From Candidatus Woesearchaeota archaeon (lineage in GTDB: Archaea; Nanobdellota; Nanobdellia; SCGC-AAA011-G17; JAFCDX01), in assembly GCA_017609465.1 (NCBI GenBank), contig JAFCDX010000001.1, positions 26,459 through 90,458 of the forward strand: a stretch of DNA of 64,000 bases, read 5' to 3'. Below are positions 36,891-47,366 of this stretch, in pieces. The position numbers and the translations under genes were made by a program. Position 1 is the first letter of the stretch; every line of letters starts with the position of its first letter. The notes under the pieces are model-generated. The model was not told where the DNA came from. It saw nothing but the letters and a program-made list of their open reading frames with translations, and did not search any database.

Positions 36891-38101
36891 TGTTTTTTCT
36901 TTCTTGTTGGTTTTGCTTTCTTTAACTTAAATATTATTATAACCGTTATTATTAAAACAAAAAGTATTGCGATTAGAGATAATATTGTCCCAAGAGTTGC
37001 TTCTTTTTCCTCTACTATCTCAGTATCTGATTTTATGGGTACAAAACCCTCTTCAGAAGTTTCTGTTTCTTCAACGGTTTCAGATGATGTTTGTTCATTT
37101 GCAGAATAATATAAAACAACAGGGAGCTGTAATTTTGCTTTTTCATCAGATTCTACAACAATGTCTCCTTCAAAATCAGCATGAAGATTCTGGTTTTCAT
37201 TTATTATAACAAATACTTCCTTTTCTTCTCCAGGGCCTAATGAAGTTATTTCATTAGGGTCTATATTAACATAATCATATATGCTTGAACTTACAGCCAA
37301 TTTAATATTTGTCAATCTGTAATTCCAATTATTCTTTAATTTTATTATTCCTCTTTCTACTTCTCCTTCATTTATTGTCTCTGAAAGTTCATTATTTATT
37401 CCTACAAAGCTCAATGCTCCAGAGGGAGGAAGAGGTGTTTCCTGAATATCAGGTTTTCCTTCTGCAAATACTCTTATGGTATAACTTAGTCTTCCTTCAT
37501 CGTATAAGATATTCAAAGTATTTTCTCCTGCCTTTTTGACAGTAACTCTTATGTTTTTATTTTCTCCAGGATTTAATTCAAAATTATTCTGGGATATATC
37601 AAAATAATCTATACCATATTTTAATTCTAGTTTTAATTTTTCTGAGCCTGTATTCTTTAAGTTAAGATAAAATTGATTATCTTTATCAAAGTCTATATGT
37701 ACTCCCGCAGGATCAACTGACAATAATTTTCCTGCTTTTGATTTCATCGTAAAATCTTCATTCCACACAAAATGCTCTAAAATTCCGTCTTTAATATAAT
37801 AAATGTTGTCAACTCTTAATGTATATTTATTTCCAGTATAGGAATCAGGAATTGTCATATACGCAACATATTTTCCGCCTGTAAGTTTAACAACATAAAA
37901 AGGAGAGGATATCCCCCTTCCGTATTCATTCATTATGTGCAGATTAACATTAGAAAATTCTCCTGTCAAAGGATATTTTGTATAAACATAAGCAACCAAG
38001 GTTTCTCCAACGCTAAATTCATTCTTATTTAATTCCAAAGTTTGTGAAAAAGCTAAGGGAATTAATAAAATTAACATAAAAGTAATATATTTCCACCTCA
38101 T
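36887..38101 (-). CDS. Ig-like surface protein with C-terminal anchor
   Basis: Signal peptide, LKNTG and LNPGE beta motifs, TM plus basic tail. Confidence 0.75.
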   Translation of the reverse strand: MRWKYITFMLILLIPLAFSQTLELNKNEFSVGETLVAYVYTKYPLTGEFSNVNLHIMNEYGRGISSPFYVVKLTGGKYVAYMTIPDSYTGNKYTLRVDNIYYIKDGILEHFVWNEDFTMKSKAGKLLSVDPAGVHIDFDKDNQFYLNLKNTGSEKLKLELKYGIDYFDISQNNFELNPGENKNIRVTVKKAGENTLNILYDEGRLSYTIRVFAEGKPDIQETPLPPSGALSFVGINNELSETINEGEVERGIIKLKNNWNYRLTNIKLAVSSSIYDYVNIDPNEITSLGPGEEKEVFVIINENQNLHADFEGDIVVESDEKAKLQLPVVLYYSANEQTSSETVEETETSEEGFVPIKSDTEIVEEKEATLGTILSLIAILFVLIITVIIIFKLKKAKPTRKKKH

Positions 38102-39915
38102 TTTTTTAACAGTTTTTTAGCCTCCTTTAATGATTTTTCAAGCTCTTGTTCTACTTTATTTGTAGTTTTTGAAGTTTTTGAAGTTTTTGGTTTTTGATAT
38201 GTTTGTCTTTCTGTCTGTTGGAAAGGTCTTTGTACTTGTTGTGGTTGTCTTGAAGCAACATACTTTTCAAAAGATTTTTTTTCTTTCTTTTTAAATATTT
38301 TACTGAAAAATAACTTTGCATCATTCTTGAAATCATTGAAGGTTTTTCCTTTTTTTGGATATTTTGTGTAATATAAGAAACCCAAACTACCTCCAACTAA
38401 CAATACTAATATAAGAATCCATAACCATAATAAACTGCTTTCGCAATCAGGATCTGTTTCACAATCATCATCATCACAATCTATCAAATCATCACCATCA
38501 TCGTCAATATCATTGTAGCATATTTCAAAATCAGATGCCCCTTCCATTGGAACGCATATGCAATCCTGTATATCACACTCTTCATCAAATCCACATTGAG
38601 AATTATAAGCACATTCTACATTTGCTCTTTCATCACAAGGCTTCAATTCACATGTACATGACAAAGGATCACATTCCTCATCATCCAAACAATCAGTATC
38701 GGATTCACACATATCTCCATCGGCTATAGAACAAGTTGAACATTCAAAACTATCCAAACAATCATCATCATTACAATCTATTAAATCATCACCATCGTCA
38801 TCTATTTCATTGTTGCATATTTCAGTTTCTTTTTCAGTAACTTCAACTTGGTTTTGATTTAATTCTCCATGTAATGCTATCAAAGCAATAGAGGTTTCCA
38901 AAATATTATCATTCCATGATTCTCCTCTTTTTTTCATGTTAATCCATTCTGTAGTATTTTGATATAATCCAGTATCTCCATTTTGTATCAATGAATAAGC
39001 AACTAAAGAGGTTTTGTATATGCTACTTGTAAAGCTTCCAGATAAATCCTGGTGTCTACTTAACCAATTTCCATAAGGTTCATTATTTGTTATCAAATAT
39101 AATAAGGCAACATTTAGAGGGTCATCATCCAGATTTTGTACTAAATAAGGCAATGTATGTATTTTATCTTCTTCTCCAATCTCCTTTAAGAACCATGAAG
39201 CATATAATGTAGATTCTAAATCACATGCGCCCCCTTCTGTTTTAGGAAGGCATGCATTATTTAATTCTATTGTAGCTAATTCAGAACTTACTCCTTGTAT
39301 CAAAAAGGTTTCATCATAATTTGCATGAGAGACTCTATAAAGTAAAGAAATATCTGTAACACCACCAACATCTGCGCAATCAACATCAAAAATTATAGAT
39401 TTTTGATTTCCAATGGGACCACATAATCCATCTACTTGTGTTAAATCATCAACATTAACATTTTTTTCAGAACCATCATCGCAAAAGACTTTACAATTTC
39501 CTGATTGTGATGAAACAATCTGCAATATCCAATTTCCCTGGACTGCTGCAGTTTCTTCTGTTTTTTCCATCCAATCAACTATTGAAGAGACATCTTTTCC
39601 TGTTTTTCTTAATGTTATCCCTGCCAAAGCAGTATCTATAGTATTACAATCTAATTTTGGCCAACAATTCTTTAAACTTCCTCTTGAAATTAATTCTCCT
39701 AATCCATCTGAAACATCATAATCCTTGTTGTTTAATGCAAGTATTGCAAAAGAAAGTTCTCTTACACTTGAAAGTTCCCAATCTTTTGTTTTTGTTGCAT
39801 TCTCCAGCCAACCATAACTATTTCCAAAAGTTGTCCCAGAATCTGTTTCATCCTGAGATAATGCTAAAGGCATTACTAAAATTGTCAATAAAATTAGGAT
39901 ATACCTTATTTTCAT
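38098..39915 (-). CDS. Surface protein: alpha/alpha (prenyltransferase-like) repeats and EICxNxxDDDGDDLIDC repeats, TM
   Basis: DTALAxxxL and ETSIALIAL repeats; two acidic Cys motifs; TM near C-terminus. Confidence 0.7.
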   Translation of the reverse strand: MKIRYILILLTILVMPLALSQDETDSGTTFGNSYGWLENATKTKDWELSSVRELSFAILALNNKDYDVSDGLGELISRGSLKNCWPKLDCNTIDTALAGITLRKTGKDVSSIVDWMEKTEETAAVQGNWILQIVSSQSGNCKVFCDDGSEKNVNVDDLTQVDGLCGPIGNQKSIIFDVDCADVGGVTDISLLYRVSHANYDETFLIQGVSSELATIELNNACLPKTEGGACDLESTLYASWFLKEIGEEDKIHTLPYLVQNLDDDPLNVALLYLITNNEPYGNWLSRHQDLSGSFTSSIYKTSLVAYSLIQNGDTGLYQNTTEWINMKKRGESWNDNILETSIALIALHGELNQNQVEVTEKETEICNNEIDDDGDDLIDCNDDDCLDSFECSTCSIADGDMCESDTDCLDDEECDPLSCTCELKPCDERANVECAYNSQCGFDEECDIQDCICVPMEGASDFEICYNDIDDDGDDLIDCDDDDCETDPDCESSLLWLWILILVLLVGGSLGFLYYTKYPKKGKTFNDFKNDAKLFFSKIFKKKEKKSFEKYVASRQPQQVQRPFQQTERQTYQKPKTSKTSKTTNKVEQELEKSLKEAKKLLKK

Positions 39916-39979
39916 TACATCAACCTCTTTAAGGTTAAAAAAGAGTAATTTATTTAAAAAGGTTTCTATTGTTTATTTC

Positions 39980-40594
39980 ATGAATATTAAGAAGCTTGAA
40001 GACTTGGGCATTAAAAAAATAAAAATATTTGACAAAGGAAAGAGAGGAATTATTTATACTGGGGATTACAAAAATAAAAAGGTTGCAATAAAAATAAGAA
40101 ATCCAAAAAGCGAAGCAAAAAATAAAATTCAAAATGAAGCTAAGTTTTTAAAAATCTTAAACAAATATGAAATAGGTCCGGAATTATTATTGTCTGATAA
40201 AGATTATATTGTGTATAAGTTTGTAAACGGAAATTTTATTATTGACTTTATCAAAAAATTTTCTAAATCCAAAATTAAGGATGTAATTTATGATATCTTG
40301 GAACAATGTTATATTATGGATAAGCTAAAGATTAACAAACTTGAGATGCATCATCCTTTAAAGCATATCTTAATAGATAAAAAACCAGTATTGATTGATT
40401 TTGAGCGTGCTTATTATACTGAAAAACCTAAAAATGTAAGCCAATTCTGTCAGTTCTTGATTAATTCTAAAAATCTTCTTGAAAAGAAAAATCTGGATTT
40501 GAATGAAAATCTTATAGATGTTGTTAGAAATTATAAGTCAAAAACCTCAAAATTTGCCTTTTTAAGCCTTAAAAATAGCATTTTTCTTAATTAG
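39980..40594 (+). CDS. Ser/Thr protein kinase-like (RIO/Bud32-related)
   Basis: KGKRG Gly loop, VAIK, NEA, LIDFE. Confidence 0.8.
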   Translation: MNIKKLEDLGIKKIKIFDKGKRGIIYTGDYKNKKVAIKIRNPKSEAKNKIQNEAKFLKILNKYEIGPELLLSDKDYIVYKFVNGNFIIDFIKKFSKSKIKDVIYDILEQCYIMDKLKINKLEMHHPLKHILIDKKPVLIDFERAYYTEKPKNVSQFCQFLINSKNLLEKKNLDLNENLIDVVRNYKSKTSKFAFLSLKNSIFLN

Positions 40595-40627
40595 TAATAT
40601 TTAAATATTGATATTTTATACTACTAT

Positions 40628-41500
40628 ATGGTGTCTAAAATGACAAATAAACATCCTGCTAACAAAACAAAAGATATACTAGATTATATAATTAGTAATA
40701 ATGTGTTGGAATTTATAAAAGAAAATGATCAGATATTATCTAAAATATATGATTTTATAGTGAATAAAGAATCTAAACATATTCTAATGGAGCTTTATAA
40801 TGAAGGAGATGCAGATTCCAATACTGTCTTTGAGAAATTACTTAAATATGATTCTTACAGTGCAAATCACGGATTAGATGTTGAAAATAAATGTTTAAGT
40901 ATATCTAGATATTTAACGAACTATGAATTTGATGAAAATTTGCCTGATGCTGCCAGATTACATGATTTAGGCAAAATATTAATACCAAACGAACTTAAAT
41001 TTAAAGAAGAATATACTGGAACAAAATTACAATTACATGAGAAGATATCAATTCAATATGGGCATACACTACTTGGAGAATCAATAGGTATTTTATGTGG
41101 ATTACATCCTGCAATAATACATGCCTCAGCATGTCATCATGATAAACATCCAGAATTTTCATATCCTCATAAAAGTATTGAAAAAGTATTGGAAATACCC
41201 TTAATACTAAATAAGGATGAATATAATAAAAAATATAATAATGGAGACATAAAAAGAAGTACGGAAATTGTTACATTGAGTAATGATATAATCAGCATAG
41301 CCGATACTGTTTGTTCTATGAGGGATAAGAAAAGAAAATCATATGATAAAGAATATACTAATAAAGAAATATATAATGAAATTTTAAATAGATGTTCCAA
41401 CAAAGTTTATGATAAAAATGTTGTTAAAGCGTTCCTAAAATCAGAAGGTCTTGATTTGAATCAAATCCATAATAAATTTGAGGAATATAAAATAAAATGA
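40628..41500 (+). CDS. HD-domain phosphohydrolase, HD-GYP-like
   Basis: H...LHDLGK...H...HHD...SYP...IAD...R..Y. Confidence 0.8.
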   Translation: MVSKMTNKHPANKTKDILDYIISNNVLEFIKENDQILSKIYDFIVNKESKHILMELYNEGDADSNTVFEKLLKYDSYSANHGLDVENKCLSISRYLTNYEFDENLPDAARLHDLGKILIPNELKFKEEYTGTKLQLHEKISIQYGHTLLGESIGILCGLHPAIIHASACHHDKHPEFSYPHKSIEKVLEIPLILNKDEYNKKYNNGDIKRSTEIVTLSNDIISIADTVCSMRDKKRKSYDKEYTNKEIYNEILNRCSNKVYDKNVVKAFLKSEGLDLNQIHNKFEEYKIK

Positions 41501-42816
41501 AATGGAAAAAATTGGGCTTAATTGGTCTTGGATTAGCAATGAGTATAATTCCCTTGGAATATAAAACTAATTTCTTGAGAAATGAATCTAAAAGTATAGA
41601 AAGAATATATTATAATCAAGTTAAGAAAGAAAGTCTGAAGGGGGATTTTAATCATTTCATTGAAATAATTACTGATTATGCAAATGCATATAATGATTTT
41701 CATGGGAAAAATACAACAATATCAAAAGAAGAATATTCAAAAATAAAAAAGAAAATGATTTATTGGGAAATTGAGAAAATTCCGGAAATAAATTTATGGG
41801 TGCCCCCATTAGAATCAATTGAGGCTTTTGAAGAAAAAGAATTCATAGAACAATTTACAAAAAATAAAATAGATATCATAGGGGAAAATTACGAAACTGA
41901 ACATATATTTCTTGATTATAATGAAACCGGGACAAATTTAGTAACTCTAGAAAATCTTCCATTAAATAATCCATTGAGTTATTATATTATGGATCAAATT
42001 TTAGTTTATAACAATGATTTAGTAAACTTATTAGAAGAAAATAGATTTAGTTTAGAAGATTTAGAGAATATATCTATAAAAGACATGAAAAAAATAGCCA
42101 AATCAGTTCATGATGATATTAATAAAGAAAAATTAAAAAGAAGAGAACAGAAAAATTTCAATTTCCAATGGGATTATTTTAAAGATGATTATGTTGATGA
42201 AATAAATGATTTCCAATTAAAAGGAAAAAATATAAATTTGGAAAATTTAATTGAGAATATGGAGAATATATTTGGAAAAAAACTTCATGATCCCAAATAT
42301 ATAAAAGATTATTTTGATGCAGAAGAAAAAGTTGTTATTATATCCAAATCAAAAGTAGATGATAATAAGATTTGTATAACAACAGGAAATATAACCGAAA
42401 AATATAATGAGATTTATAATGATGAAGAAAGGCATTTAAAATACCAGGTTAGATTATTTGAACAGGACAAAAGAACATATGATGAAATAATTAATAATGA
42501 AGATGCTTTAGGTTTTTGGTATATTGACACTGCTTATTTAAATATAAACAAAGTAAAAGAATATAGTGAAATAGTTAAAAATTTACATTTTGGCCCTGAA
42601 AAAGAAATTTTTAATAAAATCAAAGAAAGATTAGAAAAGCAATGTAAAAAGAATAATACTTCTTTCGAAGAAGAGTTTATTAAAATGATTAAAGAAACAA
42701 CTATAAAAAAACATGAACCTTTACATTTCTTTCTTGATGATGAGAAATTGATTGATGAAATAGAATTAAAAAATACTCCTAAAAAATATAGAGAATGGGT
42801 TTTATATGTTGATTAA
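41497..42816 (+). CDS. Hypothetical exported protein with C-terminal HExxH
   Basis: N-terminal hydrophobic segment; KHEPLH near C-terminus; ATGA overlap with HD gene. Confidence 0.6.
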   Translation: MKWKKLGLIGLGLAMSIIPLEYKTNFLRNESKSIERIYYNQVKKESLKGDFNHFIEIITDYANAYNDFHGKNTTISKEEYSKIKKKMIYWEIEKIPEINLWVPPLESIEAFEEKEFIEQFTKNKIDIIGENYETEHIFLDYNETGTNLVTLENLPLNNPLSYYIMDQILVYNNDLVNLLEENRFSLEDLENISIKDMKKIAKSVHDDINKEKLKRREQKNFNFQWDYFKDDYVDEINDFQLKGKNINLENLIENMENIFGKKLHDPKYIKDYFDAEEKVVIISKSKVDDNKICITTGNITEKYNEIYNDEERHLKYQVRLFEQDKRTYDEIINNEDALGFWYIDTAYLNINKVKEYSEIVKNLHFGPEKEIFNKIKERLEKQCKKNNTSFEEEFIKMIKETTIKKHEPLHFFLDDEKLIDEIELKNTPKKYREWVLYVD

Positions 42817-42817
42817 A

Positions 42818-44962
42818 TTATTTGTTACAGAACCCATTTGTTTGCCTTTTATAAAAATTATATACCCCTTTTTCTTTTACAAAATATATTGAACATCTAT
42901 CCAATCTTTCAGAAGAGAATATACCTACAACATAATCAACAAGCCCTTCTCCCTCTTCTTTTTCTTTTAAGAAAGATATAGCAATATAATAATTGTCTAG
43001 CCCTTCAACTTCTTCTTTTAAAGTACTTGCATGAGCATCTCCAATATCATCTCTTTCATAATAACCCGCTCTCTCGAATATTTTATCTAATCTTTCATAG
43101 TTTGATTCTCCAATAGGACCTCCTAATTCTTTTTCAATCTTATTTAATAATTCATTAAATTTTGGTCTTGGGATTATTTCTTCTTCTTTCTTTTCAGTTA
43201 ATGAGAAAGAGCCAACCCTTTGCAAATTAACACAGGGATTTTTATTTTTAGAATTAATTATCTTTCTCATAGCATCTTTAACTGCCTCTATAGAAGAATC
43301 CTGTCTTAGTAAAAAGAAGAAACTTCTAGAATCTCTTACATTACGCCCATCAGGAAGTTTTATTTTACCTTCATATTCTTTTAGTATATCTTCAGTATTT
43401 ATGATGAATCTATTACTAGGATAATTTATTTCTATATAAGAAGTATCTTTATATAAATCCACTTTATAATTTATTCCATCAACATTTATTTCATTGAATT
43501 CTACTCCAGAATATATGACTATTTCACATCCTTCCAAATCAGAAGCATCCAACTCTGTTGCACCCCTTCTGCAATTTCCATTGTTGTTTGTTTGTTTTCC
43601 TGTAAGATAACTAAAATATCCTGTATAAGATTCAAATATTACTCCTGATTGGATTTCTTCAAAACCACCAATATCAACATCACAAACCCATACATCCTTA
43701 CCATCATCTATAACCATATTTTCTGAAGTTCCAGTAACTAAAGCAATTTCTGAACATCCCTTTCCACTTCCTTTTGCTTCTATAAAAATATTATCTTCTG
43801 TAACTCTTTTCACAGAATCACAATTCTTTAAAACAAAACTCCCACCGTCATTAACCAATGCATTTTTTCCTCCTTTCACATTCAAATAACCATTTTCAAC
43901 ATTAACAGTGTCAATATGCCCCTTTCCAAAACTGCTTATCTCTATATCCAGAGATTTTTCTTTTGGAATATCAATATCCCATGCATTACCCTCATAAATA
44001 CTTATATCAGATTGTTGAAGACTAAATTCAAATTCATCTTCATTAGCTAACAAATAATTTCTTTCAGGAAGATTTTCTCTTTTATGTGTTATGAAAACAT
44101 AATTATTTCCATTGTTAGTCATTTTATATTTTAAGTTTGTATCTTCTACAGAACTTCCCTTAAACACTTTCATTCCATCTTCTGTAAAAACAACATTGCC
44201 TCCGGATATCTTATAATTTTTAGGAATCTCATTTCCTTCTTCATCAAATACAGGAAAACTAAAATCTATTCCTTCTTCTTTTTCTGATTGAATATTAATT
44301 TCATAATATTCATTTCCTTCTTCATCAGTTTTTAGAATATAATTCAAATCGGTGCCTTCCTGGACCTTGTATCTTCTGTCTCCAAAGAACATTTCGGTTT
44401 CTTCTGTAACTGTAAAATTAGCACTAACAAGATTTCCTTTTTTATCAAGGTTGAAATTTGAAGTTTCTGGGTCTATATTCATATATGAATTCTTTCCAAT
44501 TGTCAAAGAGCAATCCTCTTTACATGAAAATTCACCATCTTCATTTGCTTCTACGTTTTCAAGATTAACTTCCTTATCCCCTTCTTCTGTTTTATATATT
44601 ATTTTGGCGTTTGTAACAACACCATCATCATCTATTTCAGCCTCATAATCTTTTATGTTTGATTCTTCAGCATAATCCATAATCTTTTCAGATGTCTCTA
44701 ATATTTTTTTGTATTCTTGATTCAATTGAGAAGCTAATTCAGAAGCCAATAATGAAGAAGGATTCTGTATAATGTTTCCCACAGACAAAAATTGAGATAA
44801 ATCATCGGATTGAGAAATTTGTGAATATAATAATGATTCTGGATCCAAGGACAAACCTTCAGGAGTAAGAGTATGCAAATTAGGCTCTTGTGCAGAAGAA
44901 ATTATAATAACTAAAATCAATACACTTAATAATAATATTTTTTTATTCATTTTATCCACCAT
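42818..44962 (-). CDS. Large secreted hypothetical protein
   Basis: 714 aa, signal peptide, beta-rich acidic body; overlaps the pilin-like gene. Confidence 0.7.
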   Translation of the reverse strand: MVDKMNKKILLLSVLILVIIISSAQEPNLHTLTPEGLSLDPESLLYSQISQSDDLSQFLSVGNIIQNPSSLLASELASQLNQEYKKILETSEKIMDYAEESNIKDYEAEIDDDGVVTNAKIIYKTEEGDKEVNLENVEANEDGEFSCKEDCSLTIGKNSYMNIDPETSNFNLDKKGNLVSANFTVTEETEMFFGDRRYKVQEGTDLNYILKTDEEGNEYYEINIQSEKEEGIDFSFPVFDEEGNEIPKNYKISGGNVVFTEDGMKVFKGSSVEDTNLKYKMTNNGNNYVFITHKRENLPERNYLLANEDEFEFSLQQSDISIYEGNAWDIDIPKEKSLDIEISSFGKGHIDTVNVENGYLNVKGGKNALVNDGGSFVLKNCDSVKRVTEDNIFIEAKGSGKGCSEIALVTGTSENMVIDDGKDVWVCDVDIGGFEEIQSGVIFESYTGYFSYLTGKQTNNNGNCRRGATELDASDLEGCEIVIYSGVEFNEINVDGINYKVDLYKDTSYIEINYPSNRFIINTEDILKEYEGKIKLPDGRNVRDSRSFFFLLRQDSSIEAVKDAMRKIINSKNKNPCVNLQRVGSFSLTEKKEEEIIPRPKFNELLNKIEKELGGPIGESNYERLDKIFERAGYYERDDIGDAHASTLKEEVEGLDNYYIAISFLKEKEEGEGLVDYVVGIFSSERLDRCSIYFVKEKGVYNFYKRQTNGFCNK

Positions 44963-45686
44963 AATTTACAGCATAACCATAAATTAAATTCTCATCAGCA
45001 TTATCTTTTATTAAAAATATCTGTGTTTCATTCTCTATATATCTTTCAACCAAAGTGTCTTTTCCCAATGCTATTTCTGCAATACATGTTATGCATAATC
45101 TCGGATAATATCTTATTTGATTTTCTATGATTTTATTAACAACACCTCTTATTTCCCCCAAACGAATATTATATTCCAGATTGAATTGCTCTATAGTTCC
45201 TGAAATGTCTCCTTTTTCCAATCTAATAGACCAATCCACAGTAACAATTACATTATCTTCTTTTATATCTACTCTTGAGAAAACATCTGAAAATTCTGTA
45301 TTTTCATATCCGCTACATGCCAAAGGAAGATTTTCATTAATGTATTTTGAAAATTCATCATTCATTTTTGGTATTTCAGGCAATAAGTTTTCTTTGTTTT
45401 TTATTAAATAGGGAATATTTCTTCCTGCAAAAGAAACCCCTTCCTCATCAAGAACTCCCCCTTGATATGACATATAATAAATGCTATCTTCAACAAAATC
45501 GTAAACACATAATTTTATATCTTCTTTAACAGATTCCAATTGTTCAGGTACTGAAGAGACTTCTGATATCTTTAATTCCTGTTCTACTCCAGTAATAGAA
45601 CTCCTAATATAAAATAATAATATAATAGCAATTAAAAGAACAAGTCCTATTATAATGTATATAGTAATTTGTCCTCTTTTTCTCAT
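44952..45686 (-). CDS. Class III signal peptide (pilin-like) protein, third paralog
   Basis: MRKRG|QITIYIIIGLV; C...QGG...RLG motifs like 761..1525. Confidence 0.75.
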   Translation of the reverse strand: MRKRGQITIYIIIGLVLLIAIILLFYIRSSITGVEQELKISEVSSVPEQLESVKEDIKLCVYDFVEDSIYYMSYQGGVLDEEGVSFAGRNIPYLIKNKENLLPEIPKMNDEFSKYINENLPLACSGYENTEFSDVFSRVDIKEDNVIVTVDWSIRLEKGDISGTIEQFNLEYNIRLGEIRGVVNKIIENQIRYYPRLCITCIAEIALGKDTLVERYIENETQIFLIKDNADENLIYGYAVNYGG

Positions 45687-45688
45687 AT

Positions 45689-46915
45689 TTATTTCTTATT
45701 CTTAGATTTTTTTAAAGGTTTCTTTTTAATAGATGTTTTTCTTAATGCGTAATTAACAGGATTTTTTATCATTTTGCATAAATTGTCGGAATCACAAATC
45801 CCATATGACTTGTAATAGGATTCATTTTCACAGTTTGCAGGTAATACTTTATTAGACTGTTTTTTGTGCCATTCTATCTGTGTTCTTATATAACCCTCTT
45901 TCAATGGCTGGTAATTTTTTGAATTCCATTTTTGGATAAGATTTTCAATTTCTTCAAAATCCCAGTTAACACTCCTCAAGAAATTAATCAATAAGAATAA
46001 TGATCTTTTCCTTCCATCAGAAGGAATTCCTTTTAGTATTTTTGAAATGCATGGGGGGAAATTCTCTTCAGGCACCTTGCCGGTATATCTTTCATAAGAA
46101 CCAACATCTTTCTTTTCTTTCTTGACTTCAATAAGGCTTTGATTTTTTATTCCCCAATCATAAGATTGTATCAACAGATTTCTGGCAGAACCTTTTTCAA
46201 CATTTTTTGTATCTAAAAATCTTAAATTAACTTTAACGTTTTCTGGTTTTGCATCTTCTATTTTAAAACTTTCAACATCTTTTATAGGTATGCTTATCAA
46301 TCCTGATTTTTCATTTAAGGAATATGGAGAACGAAACATATGTCTTGAAGATATTAAAACAGAATCAATATCAACTAATGAGAATGGATCCTCTTTGTTT
46401 AATTTCTCAATTAAAAAAGGTTTTATCATATCTTTAAGATAATTTGCAACATTTCTCACTAAATCAGGAAATAATAGGTTAATATTTTCTCCTTTTAATT
46501 TATCTGGAAATGCCTCATAAGGGATTCCTATATGAAATCCTTTATTTCCAGAAAATTTTATTGAATAATCCTTGACATCATGAAATTTTAATGCATCTAT
46601 GATTAATTTTGCTGTTATTTTTGAATAATTCAAATCATCTGAATCTATATCCAATATAAGATCCCATCCTTTTCTCAATTCATCTAAATCCTTTTTTGAC
46701 ATCCCTGATTTTAGATTCAATGGATCGTGCCATCTTTCTTCAGAAACATGAAATGATGTCATCCCCTGCCTTATAAAAGAATCAATGTCACTTTGATAAT
46801 TCACGCTTTCAGGCCTCTTTCCTCTTATATCTCTAACCCATATTTGAACTTCCCTATCTTTGGAAATTCTCAAAAGTTCTTTCTTTATGTCCTCTCTAGA
46901 ATAATAATCCCTCAT
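45689..46915 (-). CDS. Fused DNA primase PriS-PriL (DPANN type)
   Basis: DLILDID and FSGNKGFH (PriS) plus FPPCI...DGRKR...C...C...C..IKNP (PriL Fe-S domain). Confidence 0.92.
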   Translation of the reverse strand: MRDYYSREDIKKELLRISKDREVQIWVRDIRGKRPESVNYQSDIDSFIRQGMTSFHVSEERWHDPLNLKSGMSKKDLDELRKGWDLILDIDSDDLNYSKITAKLIIDALKFHDVKDYSIKFSGNKGFHIGIPYEAFPDKLKGENINLLFPDLVRNVANYLKDMIKPFLIEKLNKEDPFSLVDIDSVLISSRHMFRSPYSLNEKSGLISIPIKDVESFKIEDAKPENVKVNLRFLDTKNVEKGSARNLLIQSYDWGIKNQSLIEVKKEKKDVGSYERYTGKVPEENFPPCISKILKGIPSDGRKRSLFLLINFLRSVNWDFEEIENLIQKWNSKNYQPLKEGYIRTQIEWHKKQSNKVLPANCENESYYKSYGICDSDNLCKMIKNPVNYALRKTSIKKKPLKKSKNKK

Positions 46916-46967
46916 TTTATGATAGAAGATTAGATTATTTATATTTGTTTATATTTTACAGATATTA

Positions 46968-47366
46968 TTACTGTAATGAGTGTAATTGATTATGGAGTTG
47001 GAAATGGGTCTTTTCATCTTCTTCTAAAATATTTGTCAATTCCTGTATCTGCTCTTTGATTATTGTTATAGTATCCTGCACTGATTTTTGAACAACGATA
47101 TTGGATCCCACATTCACAAGCAAATTATTATCTTTTAAGGTTCCTTTACCATAAACCCCCAGACCCAGTGTAAACATCATTTCAGAATCTTTTTTGGATT
47201 TCTTAAAATTTTCTAAATTAGAAACGAGATCATTTAGTTGTTGGATTTGTTGGTTTATTGCATTAATTCTCTGATGATATTGCTGAATTTGTTGATTCAG
47301 TAATTGCATCTGAAACTGCTTTTGTTGTTCATTATTATTTTTTTGGTTTTGTTGTTTTTTTGTCAT
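46968..47366 (-). CDS. pfdA: Prefoldin subunit alpha
   Basis: Coiled coil, LGLGVY...LVNVGSNIVVQK, coiled coil. Confidence 0.9.
   Translation of the reverse strand: MTKKQQNQKNNNEQQKQFQMQLLNQQIQQYHQRINAINQQIQQLNDLVSNLENFKKSKKDSEMMFTLGLGVYGKGTLKDNNLLVNVGSNIVVQKSVQDTITIIKEQIQELTNILEEDEKTHFQLHNQLHSLQ

Noticed and set aside
38455..38830. Repeated ATCATCATC-rich segments as CRISPR or DGR VR/TR
   Set aside because: They encode the two Asp/Cys protein repeats; no spacers and no reverse transcriptase in the window
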